This document shows, piece by piece, positions 9,690-17,858 of a DNA stretch of 32,000 nucleotides (the stretch's first letter is position 1; every line of letters starts with the position of its first letter). The translations under genes and the position numbers were made by a program. This DNA is from an uncultured bacterium (lineage in GTDB: Bacteria; GCA-001730085), in NCBI GenBank assembly GCA_964565945.1, contig CAZMGY010000012.1:60001-92000 (forward strand). Reading direction: 5' to 3'. The notes beneath the pieces were generated by a model, which saw only the letters and a program-made list of their open reading frames with translations, made no database searches and was not told the origin of the DNA.

Positions 9690-11584
9690 GTCCGAGTCCA
9701 AAGAAAAAAGTAAGTAAAGCTAAAAAAGTTACGAAAAAAGCAACCAAGAAAGTCACTAAAAAAGTGACTGAAAAATCATCTCCTAAGAAAGCTAGTTCGG
9801 CGAAGACTTCCAAAAAAACAAACCGTAGGACTCTGGCAGAAGAGTTGGCCAAAGATATTAAACGTAGTGAAACTTTGTTGGAGCAAGATATAGAACAAGA
9901 TTTTGAGATGCTTAAAAAGGTTACTGGCTTGGATCAACCTGCGGGTAATTTTAAAAGTTTAAATTCCGACAAAGGACAAAAAAAAATTAAAGAAATTATC
10001 AAAATTGGTAAAGAAAAAGGTGTGATTACATACGAAAAAGTGAATGACTTAATTCAAAACTTCCAGGTGACTGCAGAAGAGCTTGATCAGATTTTTAGCA
10101 AACTGAGTGATAATAATGTGTGCTATGTCGATTCCGATGAAGAAGCGAATATGGTGATTAATTTCAAAAAGGCCAAAGCTCCCGTTAAGAAGAAGGAAGA
10201 TATTTTAGCTATGGCTTCAACCGATTCTGTCAAAATGTATTTGCGTGAAATGGGTGAGATTGATCTATTGACCCACGAGAAAGAAATTGCTCTAGCCACA
10301 AACATTGAAAATGCCGAAATTCGTTTGAAAGATGCTGTTTTTGTTTTGGGCTATTCTTTGAAAGATCTCAATAACTTTCAAGATCCCATTAAGAAAAAAG
10401 AGCTAGAAATAAACGATTACTTTAAGGAAATTTCGAATAAAGAACGGGCTCGTTTTTCGTATTATTTCAATAAGCGTCTAATTGAAGCTAAGTCTTTGCA
10501 TCGTCGTACCCTGTTGTATCGCAATAAGATGAAAAAAACGCGTGTGCAAGAGAAAAAAGATCATTACAAAAGTTTGGTTCAGCGGATTGGCGCGGAATTT
10601 TTGGAAAAAATTGGTGAATTTCATCTAAAGCATCAATTCGTGGAAGAGTTACTTGCTAAAATTGAAGGCCATTTTGAACACGGCAAAAACGTTGAACGGA
10701 TTTTGAGCCGGTGCAAAAGAAAAAATTCAAAAGAATACAAAGAAGCCGCGAAGGAGATGGAGGTGATCGAAAAAGAAAGTCAGGTCAGTTGGAAAGGCTT
10801 TAAGGAAGCGATGAAGCTGATCCGTTATTGCCAAAAAGATTTGAGTGAATTCAAGAAAGAATTGATCAATGCCAATCTTCGTCTTGTGGTTTCAATTGCT
10901 AAAAAATACACCAACCGTGGCTTATCCTTTTTGGACTTAATTCAAGAGGGTAATATTGGTTTGATGAAAGCCGTTGATAAGTTTGAATACAAACGTGGTT
11001 ATAAATTTAGCACCTATGCAACATGGTGGATTCGCCAAGCCATTACACGTGCCATTGCCGATCAGGCACGGACAGTTCGGATTCCGGTACATATGATTGA
11101 AACCATTAATAAATTGATGAGAGCATCACGGCAATTGTTGCAAGAATTTGGTCGCGAACCTACACCAGAAGAGGTGGCGGAAGAAATGGATCTATCAGTT
11201 GAGAAAGTTCGTGGTGTTATGAAGATTGCCCAAGAGCCGATTTCTTTGCAAACACCAATAGGTGAAGAAGGCGATAGCTTGTTTGGTGATTTTATCGAAG
11301 ACAAATCCGTAGTGTCTCCTGCCAATGCAACGGCGTACACAATGCTTAAAGAGCAAATGTCGAATGTTTTAGATTCTTTGACAGAACGTGAGCGTTGTGT
11401 GCTTGAACTACGTTTTGGGATTCATGATGGTTATCCACGCACTTTGGAAGAAGTAGGTAAGCAATTTGATGTGACACGGGAACGTATCCGTCAGGTTGAG
11501 GCCAAAGCTTTACGTAAATTGCGTCATCCCACCCGGAGCCGTCAGCTTAAGGGATTTCTTGAGTGGGATATTATGAAAGGTTAG
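9686..11584 (+). CDS. rpoD: Primary RNA polymerase sigma factor (sigma-70 family, RpoD) with Lys-rich N-terminal extension
   Basis: Region 2 reads [54 protein letters not shown]. Region 4.2 reads [40 protein letters not shown] at 9671-9678. The ATG at 9686 overlaps the dnaG stop (ATGA). Confidence 0.95.
   Translation: MSPSPKKKVSKAKKVTKKATKKVTKKVTEKSSPKKASSAKTSKKTNRRTLAEELAKDIKRSETLLEQDIEQDFEMLKKVTGLDQPAGNFKSLNSDKGQKKIKEIIKIGKEKGVITYEKVNDLIQNFQVTAEELDQIFSKLSDNNVCYVDSDEEANMVINFKKAKAPVKKKEDILAMASTDSVKMYLREMGEIDLLTHEKEIALATNIENAEIRLKDAVFVLGYSLKDLNNFQDPIKKKELEINDYFKEISNKERARFSYYFNKRLIEAKSLHRRTLLYRNKMKKTRVQEKKDHYKSLVQRIGAEFLEKIGEFHLKHQFVEELLAKIEGHFEHGKNVERILSRCKRKNSKEYKEAAKEMEVIEKESQVSWKGFKEAMKLIRYCQKDLSEFKKELINANLRLVVSIAKKYTNRGLSFLDLIQEGNIGLMKAVDKFEYKRGYKFSTYATWWIRQAITRAIADQARTVRIPVHMIETINKLMRASRQLLQEFGREPTPEEVAEEMDLSVEKVRGVMKIAQEPISLQTPIGEEGDSLFGDFIEDKSVVSPANATAYTMLKEQMSNVLDSLTERERCVLELRFGIHDGYPRTLEEVGKQFDVTRERIRQVEAKALRKLRHPTRSRQLKGFLEWDIMKG
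9722..9769 (+). repeat. Four tandem imperfect 12-nt units encoding [16 protein letters not shown] inside the rpoD 5' end
   Basis: AAAAAAGTTACG / AAAAAAGCAACC / AAGAAAGTCACT / AAAAAAGTGACT, codon-aligned with rpoD. Confidence 0.8.
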
Positions 11585-11796
11585 GAATGATGATAATACC
11601 TTCCTGGATGCAATAACAAATCAAGGGCTCTAGCCCCGAGACAGTTTTAGACATTATCAACCCCATAGGCGCATTTCATGACATCCTAAGTATAGCTTTT
11701 TTGATCACCAGAGTCAAAAAAGGTGATAATTTACAGGAAATATTTGAATCTGCTTGGTTTTCTTAGATTAACTCTGCGGCTTATTTGGCGTATGTA

Positions 11797-11805
11797 TGAT
11801 AGAAT
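11797..11805 (+). promoter_or_regulatory. Candidate extended -10 promoter (TGATAGAAT) for the tautomerase-kinase-trpFBA-maf-dus operon
   Basis: TG-n-TAGAAT lies 37 nt upstream of the ATG at 11842, inside a 257-nt intergenic gap after rpoD. SD GAGGAGG at 11827-11833. There is no good -35. Confidence 0.4.
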
Positions 11806-11841
11806 GGCATGATTTAAATATGTTTCGAGGAGGAATGACTT

Positions 11842-12021
11842 ATGCCTTATGTGAATGTTCAAGTGGTAGGAGAATTGACTGGTGATCAAAAATTAAAAAT
11901 TGCTCAAGAAATGTCGGAAACTCTAGAAAAAGTCGCTCAAAAACCTAAAAAGCATACCTATATTGTGTTTGAAGAGATCAAAGCTGAAAATTGGGCCAAG
12001 GGCGATCAACTTATGGGTTAA
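11842..12021 (+). CDS. 4-oxalocrotonate tautomerase family protein (59 aa)
   Basis: Not in the supplied ORF track (below its length cutoff). My own translation is MPYVNVQVVGELTGDQKLKIAQEMSETLEKVAQKPKKHTYIVFEEIKAENWAKGDQLMG. Pro at position 2 would be the catalytic Pro-1 after Met removal. The pattern MPYV.V...G.T..QK...VF.EE closely parallels B. subtilis YwhB-type 4-OT proteins. A strong SD GAGGAGG sits 8 nt upstream. Confidence 0.85.
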   Translation: MPYVNVQVVGELTGDQKLKIAQEMSETLEKVAQKPKKHTYIVFEEIKAENWAKGDQLMG

Positions 12022-12024
12022 GGT

Positions 12025-13524
12025 GTGGTGATTTCGGACATATTCACTTATTTTGAGGGACAGGCTGTTCAACTGAACCGAGTTCTTTGTGTTGCGAGTG
12101 ATCTTTGTGATTTTAACGAGCTCACGGGAGAACATTTGTGGGAGCAGTTATCTCGCGATAAAATCTTTGGGCGAAATGTGATTCGCGATCTTTACTTTGG
12201 GGGGCGCAAGGGTTATGTACCCCGGTTGGTGGTGGATACTTACCGTAATATAATTAATCAAGCCCCGCAGGATATTCAAAAAGAACTGAATCGATTGTTC
12301 GAACAAAGAATTAATGAATTAGCATGGACCGATGCTTTGGCTGAATACTTTGAGCAACGTTGTTCCTATCAAGGATCCTGGTCGATTCAGAAAGTTCAAG
12401 ACTATAGCATAGGTGCAGGAGTTTATTGTTTGAGTTTTGACTTGATTGATGCAGGGCGAACGGTTGATTTGTTTTTGAAGCGAGAATTCAAAGAAGGTTT
12501 TACTCTTAAACATGAATCGTTTTATCACGGTTTGCAAGTTTACTTGATAAATAAGGATAAGAGGCATCCACAGCCTTTTTATTATGCACAAAATCAAGGT
12601 ACCGCTTTGTCGATTGCGAAGCGGTTTCCTGGAGTCTCTTCGGAGCTGTTCTTTTCCCAGTGGCTTACACAAGACACTGAAGCGCAAAGTCGTGTTATCC
12701 ACAATTTGCTGCTTTGTTTGGGGGAGCATGCGGCCTTAGGAGATGTTTTTGGGCGCAATGACCGCCATCTTGGCAACAGTCATGTGGCTTGGGATTCAGG
12801 ATCTGATGCGTTTTTATGGAATGATCGTGATAAGCATGATTTCTGTCTCGATATTAGGCAAAGTCAGCAACTTTGGATGATTGATTTTGATATACAGTAT
12901 TTGCTTAAGCGGGATAATTATGATTGGATGCTCGAAGATATCCGCCAAGGCTTAAGCGAAATGAATCTTTTTACGGTGTTGTGGCCGCATTTTCTTTATG
13001 AGTCGAACGATGAGGAACTCTTGAAAGTCATCGATGTGTTTCAACAAGCTTATGAAGGCTTGTTGCAGCAGATGTGCAGAGAAGAGGCTTTAGACTGGAT
13101 TGATCAATGGGCTCAAAATATTTATGGAACCTCCGAAGTCCGTTCGCTCAGACACTCTTTAAGTGATCAAATCGACTATCTCTGTTCGGCATCTTGGAAG
13201 AAGTCCCATTACAGGGCTCTTTTGGTTGATTACCGTTATCGCTACACTATTAAACTGATTTTGCAGGATCGTTTAGACCAAGGAAAGCTCGCTGGGGAAT
13301 TCTTGCGTTATGTGGTGGCTCCCGAGTTGAGGGGAGCGGCGTTGCATTTGGAGGCTTTTCGAGGGGTCAGTGGACACTCTTTTTTAGATCAGGCTTCATT
13401 GCAGGAAAGGATGAGCTGGGAAGTTCTGGAAGGAGAATTAGAGGTGTTCTTAGGACAAGAGTGTTGGCTAGAGGTGCAAAGGAAAAAACAAGGCTTCGAA
13501 GAACAATTTGCAAGGATGTTTTAA
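12025..13524 (+). CDS. Hypothetical protein with PI3/PI4-kinase-like (atypical kinase) catalytic motifs
   Basis: 499-aa ORF with a GTG start 3 nt after the tautomerase stop. Its TAA abuts the trpF ATG. The catalytic-loop-like sequence LGDVFGRNDRHLGNSHV (GRNDRHLGN is encoded by nt 12751-12777) matches the G-DRH..N signature. WMIDFD (IDFD at nt 12880-12891) matches the IDFG metal-binding motif of the PI3K/PI4K fold. A candidate ATP-binding Lys is in VDLFLKREF upstream. Confidence 0.55.
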   Translation: MVISDIFTYFEGQAVQLNRVLCVASDLCDFNELTGEHLWEQLSRDKIFGRNVIRDLYFGGRKGYVPRLVVDTYRNIINQAPQDIQKELNRLFEQRINELAWTDALAEYFEQRCSYQGSWSIQKVQDYSIGAGVYCLSFDLIDAGRTVDLFLKREFKEGFTLKHESFYHGLQVYLINKDKRHPQPFYYAQNQGTALSIAKRFPGVSSELFFSQWLTQDTEAQSRVIHNLLLCLGEHAALGDVFGRNDRHLGNSHVAWDSGSDAFLWNDRDKHDFCLDIRQSQQLWMIDFDIQYLLKRDNYDWMLEDIRQGLSEMNLFTVLWPHFLYESNDEELLKVIDVFQQAYEGLLQQMCREEALDWIDQWAQNIYGTSEVRSLRHSLSDQIDYLCSASWKKSHYRALLVDYRYRYTIKLILQDRLDQGKLAGEFLRYVVAPELRGAALHLEAFRGVSGHSFLDQASLQERMSWEVLEGELEVFLGQECWLEVQRKKQGFEEQFARMF

Positions 13525-14142
13525 ATGAAGGTCAAAATATGTGGTTTAACACGTTTAGAGGATGCTAGCCTGGCGGTGGAGTTGGGTGCTGATTATTTGG
13601 GCTTTATTTTTTATCCGCCCAGTCCACGTTATATGAAGCCCAAACAAGTTAAGGAGATTTTAGCCGTTTTACCTGCAGGAACTTATCGGTCCGTGGGTGT
13701 GTTTGTTAATGCGTCGTTGCAGGATATTCAGGATATTAAAGCTCAAAGTGGTATCGATATGGTTCAGCTTCACGGTGAAGAGAGGCCCTCATTTGTCGCT
13801 GAACTGGATCCGGATTCTGTGATTAAGGTTTTAAGGGCTCAATCGACTTCTGATATGGACATTTGGCTTAAGCAACCGTACCTATTGATTGATGGTGATG
13901 CCAGAGAAGAATATGGTGGTCGCGGGGTCCAAGCCAACTGGGCCGTTGCGGCTCAATGTAAAACCGTATATAATGGTATTTTGCTATTGGCAGGTGGTTT
14001 GACACAAGATAATGTGCTGCTTGCTATGGAAAGGGTTCAACCAGATGGGGTGGATGTGTCCAGTGGCGTGGAAAGTGCCCCAGGCATTAAAGATCCCCAG
14101 AAAATGAGTCAGTTTATCAATCGGGCGAAACGGAGTGAATAG
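13525..14142 (+). CDS. trpF: Phosphoribosylanthranilate isomerase
   Basis: N-terminus [36 protein letters not shown], later VQLHGEE and AGGL, which is the typical TrpF layout. It lies immediately upstream of trpB and trpA. Confidence 0.9.
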   Translation: MKVKICGLTRLEDASLAVELGADYLGFIFYPPSPRYMKPKQVKEILAVLPAGTYRSVGVFVNASLQDIQDIKAQSGIDMVQLHGEERPSFVAELDPDSVIKVLRAQSTSDMDIWLKQPYLLIDGDAREEYGGRGVQANWAVAAQCKTVYNGILLLAGGLTQDNVLLAMERVQPDGVDVSSGVESAPGIKDPQKMSQFINRAKRSE

Positions 14143-14144
14143 GA

Positions 14145-15320
14145 ATGTCTAAACGAAAACAAGGTTACTTTGGTGAGTATGGAGGATGTTTTATTCCTGA
14201 AATTTTACATCCAGCCTTGGAAAATCTTGCAAAAATATACAAAACATTTAAGAGTGACAAAGAGTTTAAGCAGGAGTTTCAGGAATTGCTAGAAAATTAT
14301 GTCGGGCGTCCTACGCCCCTATATCTCGCTAAAAATCTTTCGGATGTGGTGGGGTGTAAAATTTACTTGAAGCGTGAAGATCTTAATCACACTGGGGCCC
14401 ATAAAATCAATAACACAATTGGACAAGCGTTGCTCACCAAACGGATGGGGAAAACACGTGTGATTGCCGAGACAGGGGCAGGGCAACATGGTGTGGCTAC
14501 GGCCACGGTGTGTGCTCTTTTGAATCTCGATTGTGTGATTTATATGGGAGAAGAAGATATTTATCGTCAGGAACTTAATGTGTTTCGGATGGAGATTATG
14601 GGGGCTAACGTGGTGACAGTTGCGTCGGGTAGTAAAACACTGAAAGATGCGACCAATGAAGCTTTGCGTGACTGGGCTTCTTCGGTTGAGAATACTCACT
14701 ACATTATTGGATCGGTAGTTGGACCGCATCCTTTTCCTACAATTGTGCGTGATTTTCAGTCGGTGATCGGACGAGAAGCACGCAAGCAAATTCTTAAAGC
14801 CGAAGGGCGTTTACCAGATTATTTGTTAGCCTGTGTGGGTGGGGGAAGTAACGCCATGGGCTTGTTTCATCCCTTTTACAAAGAGGCTGTTCACCTGATA
14901 GGTGTTGAGGCTGGAGGTCATGGATTGACTTCAGATGCTCATTGCGCGACTTTGCTTAAAGGAAAGCCTGGTGTGATACATGGATGTCGCAGTTATTTGT
15001 TGCAAGATAAATATGGACAGGTGAAAAAAACACACTCTGTGTCAGCTGGTTTAGATTATCCGGGTGTAGGGCCTGAACATAGTTTTTATCGTGATACGGA
15101 GCGAGCGGAGTATCATGTGATCAATGATAAAGAGGCGTTGAAGGCTTTTCAGATTTTATCGGAAACAGAGGGAATTATTCCAGCCCTTGAGACCTCGCAT
15201 GCGATTGGTTATTTGTTAAAAAACAAAGATCGCTTTAAAGAGGAGGATATTGTTGTGATCAACTTATCGGGACGTGGTGATAAGGATGTGACCCAAGTGA
15301 AAGAGATTTTAGGAAATTAG
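14145..15320 (+). CDS. trpB: Tryptophan synthase beta chain
   Basis: PLP-lysine motif [25 protein letters not shown]. The 391-aa length fits the TrpB1 type. Confidence 0.95.
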   Translation: MSKRKQGYFGEYGGCFIPEILHPALENLAKIYKTFKSDKEFKQEFQELLENYVGRPTPLYLAKNLSDVVGCKIYLKREDLNHTGAHKINNTIGQALLTKRMGKTRVIAETGAGQHGVATATVCALLNLDCVIYMGEEDIYRQELNVFRMEIMGANVVTVASGSKTLKDATNEALRDWASSVENTHYIIGSVVGPHPFPTIVRDFQSVIGREARKQILKAEGRLPDYLLACVGGGSNAMGLFHPFYKEAVHLIGVEAGGHGLTSDAHCATLLKGKPGVIHGCRSYLLQDKYGQVKKTHSVSAGLDYPGVGPEHSFYRDTERAEYHVINDKEALKAFQILSETEGIIPALETSHAIGYLLKNKDRFKEEDIVVINLSGRGDKDVTQVKEILGN

Positions 15321-15331
15321 GAGTTGTTCAT

Positions 15332-16099
15332 ATGAATCGAGTGCGAGAGGCTTTTTCTAAGGGGCCTATATTTGTTCCTTTTTTGACTGCGGGCTATCCC
15401 GATTCGGAGACTTTTATCGATTTGGTTGTTTTATTGGCCGAAGAGGGAGCTGGTTTGATTGAAATTGGCTTGCCGTTTTCTGATCCTGTGGCTGATGGAA
15501 AAGTGATTCAAGTGGCTTCGCAAAAAGTTTTGGATGCTGGCATGAATGTGTATAAGGCATTTGAACTGATTCAACAGATTCGCGAGCGTACCGATGTGCC
15601 TATTGCTGTGATGACATATTATAACATTGTGATGCACAAAGGTGTGAAGAGCTTTGTGAAGCAATGTGTCGATCATGGTGTTGATGGCTTGATTGTTCCC
15701 GATTTGATTGTTGAAGAGGCTGATGAGTTAATCAAGGAGTTGCGCAACCAATTGGCTTTAACGTTCTTTTTGTGTCCAACAACGCCAGAACATCGTGTGG
15801 CGACGATTGTTAAAAAAACAAGTGGATTTCTCTATTATGTGTCACGAATGGGTGTGACTGGTGTGGGAGGTTTAGATTTTCAAAAAATCAAAGACCGCCT
15901 GACGACTATTAAGGAGCAAACCGATATTCCAGTGGCCCTTGGTTTTGGAATTTCGCAGCCTAAAGAAGCCAAAGAATTTGCCTCGTATGTGGACGGTATT
16001 ATTATGGGAAGTGCCTTGATTCAAAAAATAGATGCGGTGCGTGACGAAGAAGATTTCTTTAAATATGTGCGAGAATTTGTGAGACCCTTCATTTGGTAG
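15332..16099 (+). CDS. trpA: Tryptophan synthase alpha chain
   Basis: FVPFLTAGYPD, IEIGLPFSDPVADG, YYVSRMGVTG, GFGIS. SD AGGAG upstream. Confidence 0.93.
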   Translation: MNRVREAFSKGPIFVPFLTAGYPDSETFIDLVVLLAEEGAGLIEIGLPFSDPVADGKVIQVASQKVLDAGMNVYKAFELIQQIRERTDVPIAVMTYYNIVMHKGVKSFVKQCVDHGVDGLIVPDLIVEEADELIKELRNQLALTFFLCPTTPEHRVATIVKKTSGFLYYVSRMGVTGVGGLDFQKIKDRLTTIKEQTDIPVALGFGISQPKEAKEFASYVDGIIMGSALIQKIDAVRDEEDFFKYVREFVRPFIW

Positions 16100-16104
16100 T
16101 GACT

Positions 16105-16701
16105 ATGACCTCGCGCTTGATTCTTGCTTCGGCTTCACCTCAACGTTCGGATATATTACAAAAATGTTGCTTGCATTTTGTAGTGGTTCCCGCTGCGATT
16201 GAGGAATGGGAGGATGAGCAAGCTGATCCGGTTGAGTTGAGCCAAAAAAATGCTGAAATGAAAGCTCAGGCGGTCGCCGAGGCTTATCCTGATGATGTGG
16301 TTGTGGCCGCCGATACAATTGTTTTGTCTCGAGGTAAAGTTCTCAGTAAACCCCAAAATTTTGACCATGCCCTACAAATGTTTGAAAGCTATCAAAATCA
16401 AGTTGTGTCGGTTTTTTCTGGTGTGGCAGTGCATTATCAAGATCGTCTTGTTAGCAGGGTTGATGAGACGAAGATTCGGATGCGTTCTTATTCTCAAGAG
16501 CAGTATTTGAAAATGGCTCAGAAACTTTTTTCTTTGGATAAGTCTGGAGGTTTTACGATTGAAGGCATGGGGGCTGTCTTGTTTGATGCTTTGGAAGGTT
16601 CGTTTTACAACGTTTTAGGTTTACCCGTTCATCTGCTCCATGACCTTATGGCTGATGTGGGGTTAAGTTTGTGGGACTTTCGCGAGGTTGACAATGCATG
16701 A
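16105..16701 (+). CDS. maf: Maf-like nucleoside triphosphate pyrophosphatase (septum formation inhibitor family)
   Basis: LILASASPQRSDIL, AADTIV, DKSGGFTIEG, NVLGLP. I prefer the ATG at 16105. The ORF track's TTG at 16093 would overlap the trpA stop. Confidence 0.88.
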   Translation: MTSRLILASASPQRSDILQKCCLHFVVVPAAIEEWEDEQADPVELSQKNAEMKAQAVAEAYPDDVVVAADTIVLSRGKVLSKPQNFDHALQMFESYQNQVVSVFSGVAVHYQDRLVSRVDETKIRMRSYSQEQYLKMAQKLFSLDKSGGFTIEGMGAVLFDALEGSFYNVLGLPVHLLHDLMADVGLSLWDFREVDNA

Positions 16702-17650
16702 TGTGATTCAAATGCTTGTAGATAAGAAAGTAAGCTTATCTCCTTTGGCTGGTGTTTCGGATATGGCCTTTCGCCTTATGTGTCGCAAATTTGGCTGTCC
16801 GTATGCGTTCACCGAGATGATTGATGCACGTGCCATTTTGAGTGCCAGACAAAGTACTTTTCTCATGATGGCGACCAACGATGAAGATACTCCTTTGGGG
16901 GTGCAGATTGTGGGTGACAAGATTGATGATATTGTTGAGGCGGCTAAAGTGTGTCGCGATCGTGGCATTGATATGATTAATATCAATGCGGCTTGCCCTG
17001 TTCCAAAAATTAAGCGCAAGGGCAAGGGTGTGGCCATGATGAATGAGCCTGATAAAATTGGGGTGATGCTGCGACGATTGGTTCAGGCGACGGAATTACC
17101 TGTGGTTTTAAAGATACGCAGTGGCTTTAACCAAGATTCATTGAACTACATGGAGGTGAGTCAACGTGCCGAAGACGAAGGGGCTGCGGCTATTTTTATT
17201 CATCCTCGCCATGCCGAAGCTAAATATGCGGGACCTTTATCTAAGGAGCACATTGTCGAGATGAAACAGAAACTTAAGATTCCTGTTTTTGCCAGTGGCA
17301 ATCTTCTTAAAGCTCAAGATGTGATCAATATGTTGAATGACACTGGCTGTGATGGTGTGTCCATTGCACGAGGTTCGATGGGACAGCCGTGGATTTTTGC
17401 GCAGAGTTTGGCCTTACTTGAAGGGCGAAAACCGATGGAGAAACCATCTTTGGACGAAATTAAAGCAATGGTGAAAGAACATTTTGCATTGATGTGCCAA
17501 GTGCATCCTTTTGATCGTGCCTTGCCACGGATGTATAAGCATTTGACTTGGTATTTCACCAAGCATAAGCGTTTGGATGAGTTGATGCGCCGTTTGCGTG
17601 CTGATGTGGGCAGTGAAGAGCAGTTTGCGACTTTTGTGGAGCAGTTTTGA
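16694..17650 (+). CDS. dus: tRNA-dihydrouridine synthase
   Basis: LSPLAGVSDMAFRLMCRKFGCPYAFTEMI, INAACP, FIHPR, ARGSMGQPWIF. The ATG at 16694 overlaps the maf stop by 8 nt. The TTG at 16688 is the alternative start. Confidence 0.88.
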   Translation: MHDVIQMLVDKKVSLSPLAGVSDMAFRLMCRKFGCPYAFTEMIDARAILSARQSTFLMMATNDEDTPLGVQIVGDKIDDIVEAAKVCRDRGIDMININAACPVPKIKRKGKGVAMMNEPDKIGVMLRRLVQATELPVVLKIRSGFNQDSLNYMEVSQRAEDEGAAAIFIHPRHAEAKYAGPLSKEHIVEMKQKLKIPVFASGNLLKAQDVINMLNDTGCDGVSIARGSMGQPWIFAQSLALLEGRKPMEKPSLDEIKAMVKEHFALMCQVHPFDRALPRMYKHLTWYFTKHKRLDELMRRLRADVGSEEQFATFVEQF

Positions 17651-17759
17651 TCAATTGCATCGCCGTTTTAACCCCAATGTTTTTGAGTTATTTGGTTAAC
17701 TGTTGAGCCTTAATGGTTTGTTCGATATTCATAAAAACTATTCTATCATAGCTAGAACA

Positions 17760-17768
17760 TGATAAAAT
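17760..17768 (+). promoter_or_regulatory. Candidate extended -10 promoter (TGATAAAAT) for bamD-like/lptE/holA
   Basis: TG-n-TAAAAT lies in the 208-nt gap after dus. The 12-mer ATGATAAAATGG (17759-17770) matches ATGATAGAATGG at 11796-11807 in 11 of 12 positions. Confidence 0.4.
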
Positions 17769-17858
17769 GGAGCCCGTTGGTAGAAATCCTCAGCTCCATG
17801 GGGATGACAGTAACTTATGAGGCCTGTCTTAAGACAAAGGATAGACGAGGGAATTTCG

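Noticed and set aside
9664-9852. 62-aa minus-strand ORF antisense to the rpoD 5' end
   Set aside because: It is the reverse-complement reading of the Lys-codon repeats (poly-F/L/V). It is an artefact of the AAA/AAG-rich sense strand.
11583-11605. AGGAA..TTCCT hairpin right at the rpoD stop, as a possible terminator
   Set aside because: It has only 5 bp, a 13-nt loop and no following U-tract.
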